Assembly: GCF_018350175.1 (NCBI RefSeq)
Contig: NC_058368.1
Location: 151,406,001 to 151,470,000 of the forward strand
Direction of reading: 5' to 3'
Origin: Felis catus
Taxonomy: Eukaryota
DNA: 64,000 bases
Part shown: one piece after another, positions 13,820-25,505 of the stretch
Position numbering within the stretch: position 1 is the stretch's first letter
Layout of the letters: each line of letters opens with the position of its first letter
Position numbers and translations under genes: made by a program
The notes under the pieces: generated by a model
Database searches by the model: none
Told to the model about the DNA's origin: nothing
The model's input: only the letters and a program-made list of their open reading frames with translations

Positions 13820-14930
13820 TTATTTTAACAAACATTTATTGTGTTCACTGTGTGCAAGACAACTGCTGTTGTAGGGGAGGCATTCCATAATGAATCAGAA
13901 ATTGTTGTCAAGGAACTTACAGAAAAGTAGGAGGATATGAGGTATAAAAACAACTATAACATAAATGGGAAATTGTAAATGCCTTTAGAAAGGATTCTAC
14001 TTTATTTTGGATTTTCAAAGGAGATAGAAATAGAGAGAGATTGAGAGAGAGATAGAGATAGAGAGAGTGAGAGAGAGAGAATATGAATAGTTAGAATAGC
14101 CCTGTTTCTGTGGTTGGTTGCCTTTCCCCTCCAGTTGGCTATATTGTCTGAAGCCTCCGTGGTTTCCCATTTCTTTCTTTCAAGTTGTTGAGCCCTTGCT
14201 ATTATCCTGAATTTGGAATTTGTTTTTACTCTGCCTTGCACCCTTAGAGTTATACCTCATCCTTCATCCTTGGTGTGTGGTATACTGATCTTGTACTGCA
14301 TCAATAACACAGCTATCCTTACAATTTGGGTTGACTTTATTAAGGTCAGTCCCTCCAAACAGAAATAGGAAAGGGCATCTATTTGGGTGGAAAGAGTTTT
14401 TCATGAGCTCTTGGTACTTATTTCTTTTCCTCTTAAGATTTTTGTATGATTCCTTCAGGAAAATAATGCCAGTGTCGTAGGGAAAATGGATGAACGGGAA
14501 GAGCCTAGAAGAAAGTAAACCTGTTAGAAATTTCTTGAAGAAATCCAGCAAGAGGTATTTACCTTGGGCTTGAACCAAGGTGCGAATGGCACGGAAAGAG
14601 GTATGGATGATGGAGTAGAGAGAACAGATGCCAGAGATACTTCAGAGGAAAATGTGCCAGGATTCACCAACTAGCTGTGTATAAAAAGAGAAAGTGAAGA
14701 GTAAATGAGATTTTGAGCTGAGGATAACCAGGGTGGAAAGTTGCGCTATTAACAGAATAAGGAAAATAGGACATGGTGTAGCTTTTAGAAGAAAAAAAAT
14801 AGTTCAGTTTTGAACATATCTGATGAATAACCAGATGGAGATGGCTATTAAGCACTTGGAAATGAGGATCTGTAACTTCAGAGGGAGGTCAGACTGGAAG
14901 TATATGTTTGACAATTATTTAAAGTATTAG
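13820..14930 (-). mobile_element. L2 LINE fragments (3' end near 13820; body 14440-14930)
   Basis: aacaaacatttattgtgttcactgtgtgcaag 3' end; agttcagttttgaacat and ttggaaatgaggatctg body motifs; interrupted by (GA)n and an unassigned segment. Confidence 0.6.
14020..14080. repeat. (GA)n-rich microsatellite
   Basis: gagatagaaatagagagagattgagagaga... read directly. Confidence 0.9.
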
Positions 14931-15149
14931 TTGAAATTAATATTAAATGGAATTTTCAAGGAAGGGAGTTTGCTAAGGAAAGGGTTCTTTGGTGAATACC
15001 ATGAATTTAGGAAATAGGAGGATAGCAGAGAGACAGAAACAGGGTCAGAAACAAAAACAGAGAGAGACAGGTTGAATAACACAAAGGTTAGGAGGATGAC
15101 CAAAGAAGGTATGTTAAACTTGTTCATGACAAAAAGTTAATTTATCCAC

Positions 15150-15414
15150 TATATTAGGATGCTCAGAAAAACAGCATCAGTAGGATGTGTTTGCGTGTGT
15201 ATAGATACACACAAGATATTTGTTATAAGAAATTGGCTTGGAGCACCTGGGTGGCTCAGTCAGTTAAGCATCTGACTTTGGTGCTCAGGTCATGATCTCA
15301 CAGTCTGGGTTTGAGCCCCCTGTTGGGCTCCTCAGTCCTGACAGTTCAGAGCCTGGAGCCCACTTTGGATTCTGTAACTGCCTCTCTCTCTGCCCCTCCC
15401 CGCCTCGTACTCCG

Positions 15415-15457
<43 letters not shown>

Positions 15458-15874
15458 TAAATAATAAACATTGAAAAAAAAAAGAAAGAAATCGGCTCAC
15501 AAAATTATGGAGGCTCCCAAATCCAAAATCTGCAGAGTGGGCTAGCAGACGAGACCCAGGACAAACAGTGTTCCAGTTTGAGTCTGAAGGTCATTTGATG
15601 TAGAATCAGAATGGCCAGTGTTACAGATGGAGTCTGAAGCGTTTGTTGGCAGATTCACTTTGCTTGGGGAAATATGGTCTTTTTGTTCTATTCAGGCCTT
15701 ACTGATCAAATGAGGCCCACCCACATTCTGGAGGACAATCTGCTTTAGGTATAGTCCACCAATTTAAATGTTGATCTCATTTAAAAATACCCTTACAGAA
15801 ACAGAATGATGTTTGACCAAATATGTAGGCATCCTATGACCCAGACAAATTAACATGTAAAATTAATCATCACA
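15150..15874 (-). mobile_element. MLT2 LTR (3' LTR of ERV-L), interrupted by a SINE
   Basis: Ends ...aacatgtaaaattaatcatcaca, the reverse complement of the MLT2 start tgtgatg(a/g)ttaatttt; also aaatgaggcccacccacatt and aatgatgtttgaccaaata. Confidence 0.85.
15239..15485 (+). mobile_element. Can-SINE inserted in the MLT2 LTR
   Basis: TSD aagaaattggct 15227-15238 / aagaaatcggct 15486-15497; long (CT)n. Confidence 0.95.
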
Positions 15875-16118
15875 TGTACATCCTTTACCCTTATGGGTGT
15901 CATTTTGGCACCCATAGATATATCCTTAAACCATACTTAATCTCCAAATAAAGATGACAAAGTCACACTTCTGCCTAACATAATACAACTGTCCTGGGTA
16001 CAACCTAATATCTGCTTAATCTTTCCCCAGAAGAGGATGCAAAGTTTGTAAGTGGTGTTTACCTTTATCCTTGATATCTTGTAACTTAAATACCATGGTA
16101 TAAAGTCAGTACATCTTA

Positions 16119-16122
<4 letters not shown>

Positions 16123-16156
<34 letters not shown>
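16123..16156. repeat. (CA)n microsatellite
   Basis: Read directly. Confidence 0.95.
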
Positions 16157-16157
<1 letters not shown>

Positions 16158-16221
16158 AAAATAAGGAGGAAAGGTGATAATTAGAGTCCTCGTTCTGGTC
16201 ATGTGGTTGTACCTGGTATTT

Positions 16222-16338
16222 TTTTTAACCCACAATTTTTTTTTTAATTAAGTAAACTGTACCCTCAATGTGGGGCTTGACCTCATGACCTAGAGATCAA
16301 GAGTTGCATGCTACACCAACTGAGTGAGCCAGGCACCC
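16222..16338 (-). mobile_element. Short Can-SINE inside ERV-L
   Basis: Reverse-strand head gggtgcctggctcactcagttgg; TSD tgtacctggtattt 16208-16221 / tgcagctggtattt 16339-16352. Confidence 0.85.
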
Positions 16339-16574
16339 TGCAGCTGGTATTTATAGCTGCCTTCTTCCATTACTCATTCTGTATTCCCTTTGCCTTCAGC
16401 AAGTACCTCAATTGGTCATGGTATTTTACCTGGTGAGGTGACTCAAACCTTCATTCCTAAAGAGTCAGGCCCATTAGTAGTCCTGTGTGATTTGGGTTGT
16501 AGTTTTCCATTGATGTTAACCACAAGGCATGATAATAGTAAGAGATGCCCTAAGAGATCTCCTCTACTCCAGAC

Positions 16575-16760
16575 ATATCTTCCTTATCATGACTGTGGAG
16601 TAGTAGTTCAATTTCCTCTTGGTAGTCATTATCAATCACTGTAGGCAGCACAGAAATGCCCTTTTTTGCCTGTTGATTCAGAGTCATGAGAAGCCTACAG
16701 TGGCATTCTTAACTTCCAGTTCAATGGAATCATAGTGTCTCCTGGTGGAAGGATTCCCTC
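16575..16760 (-). pseudogene. ERV-L dUTPase remnant (frameshifted)
   Basis: Manual translation EGILPPGDTMIPLNWKLRMP, frameshift, QQAKKGISVLPTVIDNDYQEEIELLLH (dUTPase ID-x-DY motif), downstream of integrase as in ERV-L. Confidence 0.8.
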
Positions 16761-16768
16761 TCGTAGAA

Positions 16769-17350
16769 CTAAGAATTAGGCCGGCAGAGCACAAGGTTTT
16801 GGGGACAGGAAGAAAAAAAATTTTCTAGTGAGTCACTAGGGGTAATAGTGAATGATGTCACTCCCATTTCCACCCTTTGATTCCTGGATCTGTGCATCCT
16901 GGCTGTGGCAAAAATAGCACTATGTTTCAGATGTAGATTCAGAGCACATACAGCCTCCAGAAGAACCTTGTTCCAGACTTGGAAGGTATTACCACCAAGC
17001 TGGCAATATAACTGAGTCTTCAAAGGCTGTTGCACTGTTCTATCAAGCCAGTTCATTAAACCAGTGAATTCCACAAGCCTGGGCCCATTGTCACGCTTGA
17101 TGTACTGTGTGAAGTGAGTTCCTTGATCAAAAACAATGCTGTGTGGCATACCATGACCATGGATAAGGCGCTGTACAAGTCTGTGTGTGGCAGTTTTGGC
17201 AGAGGTGTGTGCACAAGGAAGGCAAATTTGTATGCACAACAAGTTTCCATTCCAGTAAGAACACAGTGCTGCCCCTTCCATAATAGAAGCAATCCAGTGT
17301 AATCAACCTGCCCCAGGTAGCTGGCTGCTTATCCCAGGGATGGTACATTA
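16769..17350 (-). pseudogene. ERV-L integrase (rve) remnant, multiple frameshifts
   Basis: QVDYTG...WKGQHCVLTGMET in one frame; HGMPHSIVFDQGTHFT and LKTQLYCQLGGNT...AVCALN...SRNQRVE...TITPSD in another. Confidence 0.88.
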
Positions 17351-18660
17351 TTTGGACTCAGTGTTGACCTCTGCTACAACCATCATGTACACTTTTAAAC
17401 ACTTTCACTGTTTTTGAAAGGTTGATGTGGTATACTGCCTTAAGTTTCATCCTGAACACAAAGCCTCCAAGTCCAGAATGTTCCTAGAGTAACATTCTAC
17501 TTTATAATTTTAAGTTAGATACTGAGAACCTTATGAACTCTTTCAGGCCATTAGACTGCTTATACTCTTCATCAGTAGTTTGTTGGATATCGTCTAAAAA
17601 CGTTATATATTATTGCAGTGAAAAAGTATTCTAGTACAAAGAGCAGAAGTTCTATGGGTTATTTCACTAATAAATGAATAAATTAATAAATTAGACTCCT
17701 TGACACTCTATTGAAAGGAAAGAATTCAGGTATTTATCTTAAGCTAAAATTCCATTGGGGAAATTTTGAACACTGGGCATATAGAACTTGTATATTCAAG
17801 TTTATGTAATTGTCCATATACTATGCAAACTAGGATGGAGCAGTTCTAAAGGCAGTAACATTGAATCTTGCTGGTATTCTTGGCCAGATGATCTTGTGTA
17901 GTTTTGAAGAATTGTGTTCGTGTAGGGGTTTGTTTAAACAGTATCATGGGTTTTTATAAGGCATGCAACACTGGTAACTTTGCACATGTAAATTATGAGT
18001 GGACCTGGTATTTCTGTTACTAGTAGCTTTTAATTAAATGGCATGAATGGAAGGGAAAGATCCAAAAATAATACTAATTTTAAAAAAACTACTTAGAAAT
18101 ACTTTAAAAAATACAAAACCTGACAACTTTTTCACTGTTCTTTCAGATAGTAAAACTACAAATTGTCTATACCATCATGGAAGGTAAATAAGATTTTCTG
18201 TTGCTTTTTTTATTTTTATTTTTATTTTTTTGTAAAGGAAAAGGAACAAAAAAGGAAGGGGCATCAGATTTTTCTAAAGGCATAAATGTACACTACATAC
18301 CTCCTGTCACTACCACCATTTTCCTCCTGAAGCTAAACAGTCTGGAAAATGTTTTCAAGCAAAGAATTCTTTTTACTAGTGCCTTTCCCACACCATGTTC
18401 TGTTTCAGTTTGGAAACTCATTTGAGTCAGAGCTGGAAACAACTGTAATTAATTTGCATATCTTATAAAAGAGAACACCAGAAAATTAAAAGTGGCCCCT
18501 CACAGGAGAATATTTAAATCATCTCTTCTGGTGACTTTTAGGGAATTTTGGAGCATGATTGGGGAGAGTTCTTACTCAGTGTCCCTCAGCAGGATATATG
18601 TGATTGCCCCATCTTTACCCCAGCTGTTCTTCATCAAGTGTTTTAGAGTTAGTGTCTTCC

Positions 18661-19729
18661 CATCCCCAAAGGCAAGGGAATTGAAAGCAAAAATGAACTA
18701 CTGGGACCTTATGAAGATAAAAAGCTTCTGCACAGCAAAGGAAACAACCAACAAAACTAAAAGGCAACCAACAGAATGGGAAAAGATATTTGCAAATGAC
18801 ATATCGGACAAAGGGCTAGTATCCAAAATCTATAAAGAGCTCACCAAACTCCACACCCGAAAAACAAATAACCCAGTGAAGAAATGGGCAGAAAACATGA
18901 ATAGACACTTCTCCAAAGAAGACATCTAGATAACCAACAGGCACATGAAAAGATGCTCCACGTCGCTCCTCATCAGGGAAATACAAATCAAAACCACACT
19001 CAGGTATCACCTCACGCCAGTCAGAGTGGCCAAAATGAACAAATCAGGAGACTATAGATGCTGGAGAGGATGTGGAGAAACGGGAACCCTCTTGCACTGT
19101 TGGTGGGAATGCAAATTGGTGCAGCCACTCTGGAAAACAGTGTGGAGGTTCCTCAAAAAATTAAAAATAGATCTACCCTATGACCCAGCAATAGCACTGC
19201 TAGGAATTTACCCATAGGATACAGGAGTACTGATGCATAGGGGCAGTTGTACCCAATGTTTATAACAGCACTCTCAACAATAGCCAAATTATGGAAAGAG
19301 CTTAAATGTCCATCAACTGATGAATGGATAAAGAAATTGTGGTTTATATACACAATGGAGTACTACGTGGCAATGAGAAAGAACGAAATATGGCCCTTTG
19401 TAGCAACGTGGATGGAACTGGAGAGTGTGATGCTAAGTGAAATAAGCCATACAGAGAAAGACAGATACCATATGTTTTCACTCTTATGTGGATCCTGAGA
19501 AACTTAACAGAAACCCATGGGGGAGGGGAAGGAAAAAAAAAAGGAGGTTAGAGTGGGAGAGAGCCAAAGCATAAGAGACTCTTATAAACTGAGAACAAAC
19601 TGAGGGTTGATGGGGGGGTGAGAGGGAGGGGAAGGTGGGTGATGGGTGTTGAGGAGGGCACCTTTTGGAATGAGCACTGGGTGTTGTATGGAAACCAATT
19701 TGACAATAAATTTCATATATTGAAAAAAA
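18661..19729 (+). mobile_element. Young 5'-truncated L1 (L1_Fc-like): ORF2 C-terminus and 3' UTR
   Basis: ORF2 peptides [10 protein letters not shown]...[45 protein letters not shown]-rich 3' UTR, AATAAA, A tail; TSD agtgtcttcc 18651-18660 / 19730-19739; in-frame TAG at 18927. Confidence 0.97.
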
Positions 19730-20245
19730 AGTGTCTTCCTAGAGTGACATCTTTGATGAAGAAAGTCCTAATGGCTACTTAAGAACTGGCAGTTTCAACA
19801 AACGTCAAAGTCAGATTTTAAGGAATTCTCTACTTTAAGCTGTCCTAAAACAGGTTGTGAATTTTACTGACTCTTATGTTCAATAAATAAATAAATTAGG
19901 TATTTATATCAAGCATGCTTGTTTATGTAAATAATTTCTAATGACGATCAGAAACTGTTTGGTTTTTGTTTGTTTGTTTTTGCTTTATTCCCAACCTCTG
20001 TGACTTTAAAAGCTAATTAAACTTCCTTCACAAAAATGTTAACTAATGAGTAGGTAAAAAAATGGTACTGACATAAGTAAAATGACCATGACATCTGTGA
20101 GCCAAAGCGTCAGAAAGGTTTTCAATGTTAATATACTGTTTAAGGTATTAAAATTGCTTGCTCTTGTAAATATTTGCTTATCATTTAGATACTTGCTTCT
20201 ACAAAAGTATTTAAAATAGAAAAAAATATTTAAAATAGGGTGATT

Positions 20246-21376
20246 GTCAGTGAGGGAAAAAATCAGCAAACTAAAAGGCAACCGATGGAATGGGAGAAGA
20301 TAGTTGCAAATGACATATCAGATAAAGGGGTAGTATCTAAAATATATAAAGAACTTACCAAACTCAACAGCCAAAAAACAAATAATCCAGTGAAGAAATG
20401 AGCAAAAGACATGAATAGACACTTTTCCCAAGAAGACATCCAGATGGCTAACAGACACATGAGAAGATGCTCAACATCACTCATCATCAGGGAAATACAA
20501 ATCAAAACCACAATGAGATACCCCCTCACACCTGTCAGAGTGGCCAAAATGAACAACTCAGACAACAACAGGTGTTGGTGAGGATGCAGAGAAAGAGGAT
20601 CTCTTTTGCACTGCTGGTGGAATGCAAATTGTTACAGCCACTCTGGAAAATAGTATGGAGGGTCCTGAAAAAATTAAAAATAGAACTGCCCTATGACCCA
20701 GCATTTGCAATACTAGGTGTTTATCCAAGGATACAGGTGTGCTGTTTTGAAGGGGCACGTGTACCCCAATGTTTATAGCAGTGCTATCAACAATAGGCAA
20801 AGTATGGAAAGAGCTCAAATGTCCGTCGACTGATGAATGGATAAAGAAGATGTGGTGTGTATGTATATATGTGTGTGTATATATATGTGTGTGTATGTAT
20901 ATATGCATATATATACATGTATGTGCACGTATATGCATATATACATACACACAATGGAATATTAATTGGCAATCAAAAAGAATGAAATCTTGCCATATTC
21001 AACAACATGAATGGAACTAGAGTGTGTTGTGCTAAACAAAATTAGAGAAAGACAAATATCATATGGGTGACTCATGTGGAATTCAAGATACAAAACAGAT
21101 GAACATAAGAGAAGGAAAGCAAAAATAATACAAAAACAGGAAAGGGGACAAAATATAAGAGACTCAAAAACAGAGAACAAACTGAGGGTTGCTGGAGGGT
21201 TTTTGGGTGGGAGGAATGGCTAAATAGGCAAGGGGCTTTAAGGAGGACACTTGTTGGGATGAATACGGGGCATCATATATAGGGGATGAATCACTGGATT
21301 CTACTCCTGAAATCATTATTGCACTCTATGCTAACTTGGGTGTAATTTTAAATAAAATAAAATAAAAATAAATAAA
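20246..21376 (+). mobile_element. Older 5'-truncated carnivore/felid L1
   Basis: ORF2 C-terminal remnants, a 3' UTR different from the neighbouring L1, (TAAA)n tail; TSD taaaatagggtgatt 20231-20245 / taaataagggtgatt 21377-21391. Confidence 0.95.
20855..20951. repeat. (TA/TG) alternating microsatellite expanded inside L1
   Basis: Read directly. Confidence 0.9.
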
Positions 21377-23977
21377 TAAATAAGGGTGATTTTGAAAATG
21401 TTCTATTGCAGTTGGATAATTAGATTAAATAACAGTCTGTGAGATACTCATATATATTACTTAATTTAACTTCTGACAAAATAGTTTGATGCTGTTGCTG
21501 CTGCTGCTGCTGAAAGTGGAAAACAATTTATATAGTGATTCTGTATGCCAGGCTCTGTTTCTGGTACTGACCCAATTAATCATCTCTAAACTTGTATTAT
21601 TCCCAATTTTCAAAAGAAGCTAAAGATTATATAACTTCCGGGGTTTACTGTTGGAACTAAGATTCTAACTGAGGTGATCTGACTTAGAGTCAGTGGTTTA
21701 TTTAGTATATTTTGCTACCAAATTTTATAGATATGATCCTCGCAGACCATTTTTGACCTCATTGACTATGATCTGCTTATACTATTTTTTGAGAGTAGAA
21801 AAAGAAGAAATCTAACCACAAAAATCTGGCTAAAGCTTTGAGGTACTGTGCCTTTTAAAGAAAACATTGAAAAGCCTTAGAAAAGGTTGCATTTGTCCTC
21901 TCAAAGCAGACATATTTTGGTGAATAATTCAAGTCACAAATTTTCAACTTTGAACCACATTCACCACCTCCATGGAGTTAAGATGTTACTAAGAACATCA
22001 AGTCAACCAGTTGTCACTATCAGCCCAGCTAAGTGTTTGTTCAAAGCTCTTTCTGGTTTCTCTTAATCGAAAAGGGATATGGAAGGAAGTTGGAGAAATG
22101 TGTCTTATTTGTCATTTCTGGCTAGGCAACACTTTAGTCGACTTTGTTCTGCACCTTGGGCAAAATTTAAATTGCGTGTCATGTCTTAAAAATATTCAGG
22201 ATGTTGTTTTTCTGGGCAAATGAGCATTTCTTTGAGCAGTACAATCACTGCTACAGTCACAGACAATCAAAGTTGGCAATGGAGCTATAAATAGTAACTA
22301 GATCCTAATGTCTTGTAGAAGTTGTAGTGAGAAGTAAATGAAAACATTTATGGCTATTCTATGTCATAACTTACACTTTTCTGTAGATCTACTTAGTATT
22401 CTGTTTTGAATGCCTGGCTGAAATTATCCCTAAGTTTGAGAAAATTGAAGGAATTTATGCCTGTTGGAGAATTGACTGAGAACCTCTGATCAGAGGTAGG
22501 ACTTTAACTCACATAGCTGACACTTTCTAGGTCTGAACCATTTTGGGTACATGGATTTTTAGAGAAATAGATTAACTTAAGGGTCAAACTTCCTTGGCCA
22601 TATATCTCAAAATTCTAGGAAATGAAAAGTTCAAGTCTATTTCAAACTTAAATTATTTATACATTAAGTAATTAAATATGCAATCTATAATGTAGAATAT
22701 AAAGGTATTCATTCACATTGCTCTTTTATAAAATTCAATTTCTGAATAGAAGTATACTGTCTTTTCCTGTGTCTAGAAAAACATTACAGCAAATGAGTAG
22801 GTTGAATCACAAGTTTCTTAAATAAAATGTGTTCACTGATTAGGTTTTTTTGTCTGCTCTTATTTTACATTTTGATACAAATTTATTTATTCTGGTTTAT
22901 ATAATTTAAAAGTATTGTGTTATAGGACTCCTAAGTCTTCCTTACTAAGAACTCAATGTCTTACTATGTTCCTTCCACATAACTATGAGCACCTTGTTAA
23001 AAATATGTTACCAAATATTAAAAGACAGACTGTCTTGGAACAATTTCATATCAGACCAGATTGCAAACAAATGAGTCCTTGTGGCAAGGTACTTTGGTAA
23101 TTTATGGATATGAATGACATTAAAAGGAAAATATTTATTGAGAAGGCAGACCTATTGAATTCTCAAGGCTGAGTATACAACTCGCTTTAGTGTTAATGGC
23201 TCTTGCATATTCACACTGTTGGAGACACAGACTTCTGTTCATTTGTTGCTTTTGGTGTGGAATACCTTATACCAGTAAATTTAAAAATGTTTTTTATCAT
23301 GCCTACTTTGACATATTCTTTAAATGGACATTCTTTTATTATCTAAAGCATATAATTATTTTCTGGCAAAAGTGAGCACTGTTTACGTGTTATAAACTTT
23401 ATGTTGATAAATTTAACACCAAAACAAGAACCACCAAAATAGAGAAGATTTTGCTTTTTGATTGCATTGATTTTGTGTGTGCCTTCCAAAAATGAAAGCA
23501 ACAGGGATGAACAGTGATATTTAATGTTTGGAGACTGCCAAAGCATTCATGTATTTTCATTGTTTATAGTCTAGAAAAATGCATGTGCATGGAAGGTGAT
23601 TCTGTTATTAAATGATACTTTGCTCCTATCTTAGATTTGAAATCTCTAAGTAATGTATCTTTAGACAGATTTAGCTCCTACTAATGCTCAAAGGAAACAA
23701 GTGCTTAATAAATATATATGCAGCACATAAGCCCATAGGGTAGCTGAGAATAGTCATGTGGTATTTATTGGAGATAAACATGGATGGAATGAGAGGTACT
23801 ACAGCCTTTCCAATGCAAACTACTTTTCACTAGTTTATTATTTGTCTTGAGCTTTCATTTGTAAGAATCTGACTTTATTAATTTATATATACTGTCTTCT
23901 TCCAAAAAGGTCTAAATTTGTTTTTATGGTCAATTCTTGTGTTATCAGTATTTTCTCAGTACAGATCTTAGATTTCT

Positions 23978-24188
23978 GGCGCACCTGGGTGGCCGAGTTG
24001 GTTAAGCATCCGACTTTAGTTCAGGCCATGATCTCATGGCTTGTGAGTTTGAGCCCCACGTTGGGCTCTGTGCTGACAGCTCAGAGCCTGGAGCCTGCTT
24101 CACATTCTGTCTCTCTGCCCATTCCCTGCTTGTGCATTGTCTCTCTGTCTCTCTCTCAAATATAACTAAACATTAAAAAATAAAAATA
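23978..24188 (+). mobile_element. Can-SINE
   Basis: Perfect TSD atcttagatttct 23965-23977 / 24189-24201. Confidence 0.95.
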
Positions 24189-25270
24189 ATCTTAGATTTC
24201 TATGAATAGAAAAATAATATCTAATTTCATGAAACAACAATATGAAAGCAATGAATTTTTCTTGAGCATCATAGGAGATATAAACTATTGTCACCAATGT
24301 CTCATGAAGAGTTTTATTTTTAAATTTCATTCTTATGCTCTATATTTTAAGTATAATTTTTGAAATAATATTTAGATATTATATGATAATAGATATTTCT
24401 ACATTTTATATTTTAACATTTCAGAATATATAAAAGAAACCATGAATACTAATGCAACATAGTAAAGTTTGAACTATAAATTCAAACCATTAAGTTGATA
24501 TTGGAAGATATATTCAGTTCGGTAATATTCCAATTTCTTTTTTTTATTAGATAACCTTTATAACTTTTCCACAGTTGTACCACAGTCAGGTTTTAGTTCA
24601 ACTCATAAGGCCAGGTGGTGTGAGTTCTTTCAGAGTTTGCTAGGAGGTTAAATTGGCCCACTGTACAAACAGCTGTTAAGATATTGTTAGGGGAAAAGAG
24701 CATTCTTTTGCAAAAATAAACTACCTTTAAGCTTAACTATATAAAATATGAAACATTGGACATGGAACAAGTTTGATTTATAAAAGATTGATCAAGTAAA
24801 CAGTATACTAGTGGATTTTACTGAGATAGTGATCCTTAAGTACTAGTTTTTGGGGATCTGGGGTTATACTCTTCATTGACTGAGATATGATTTGATGGGC
24901 AAATAAAATAAACTGCAAACTGCTTAGTTTTGTTAATATTTAGTTGTTTTTGGACAGTGTTTGATTTGCAAAGATAGACATTGAGATTTTGGGATTGCTT
25001 CTGGGCTTTTATGATCTCAGACTTTTGTTGATATTATGGGGGTAGTATATGATATTATTTATGTTATTTTTTTCTGTGTGTAACCCAAACATTGACACAC
25101 GAAGCTGAAATGGGAAAAATAATAGAACAGAAACAGGCACTCTTGTTAAAATTAACACATTAAATCTGGTCAGCAACTATAGTGATGGAAAGAGATAGTC
25201 TTCTTGATTATGAGTAAGAAAAAGGAATTTGGGGGATGGGGATTATTGTCAGATTTAAAACATACTTTAA

Positions 25271-25317
25271 AATTCATTTTTTAAATTTAACGTTTATTTT
25301 TGAGGGAGGGAGGGAGG

Positions 25318-25356
<39 letters not shown>

Positions 25357-25505
25357 ACACACACACACACAATACAGGTAAGGGGATATGAAGCATGTTC
25401 TGTGCTGATGGCAGTGAGCCCATTGTGGAACTCAAACCCATGAACCATGAGATCATGACCTGAGCTGAAGTTGGATGCTTAACCGCCAAGCCACCCAGGC
25501 ATCCC
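25271..25505 (-). mobile_element. Can-SINE with compound (GGGA)(GA)(CA) tract
   Basis: TSD ttaaaacata(c/t)tttaa on both sides; reverse-strand head. Confidence 0.93.

Larger units (their letters stand above)
15875..17375 (-). mobile_element. ERV-L internal region (3' part of pol plus dUTPase)
   Basis: Contiguous with the MLT2 LTR; translates to ERV-L integrase and dUTPase motifs. Confidence 0.9.

Noticed and set aside
16769..17281. 170-aa ORF as a domesticated integrase
   Set aside because: Only partly in the integrase frame; the first catalytic Asp is in another frame and the region before the catalytic Glu is deleted
18492..19498. ORFs of 83-145 aa as protein-coding genes
   Set aside because: Pieces of L1 ORF2 broken by a stop and a frameshift; the first ORF reads in from flanking DNA
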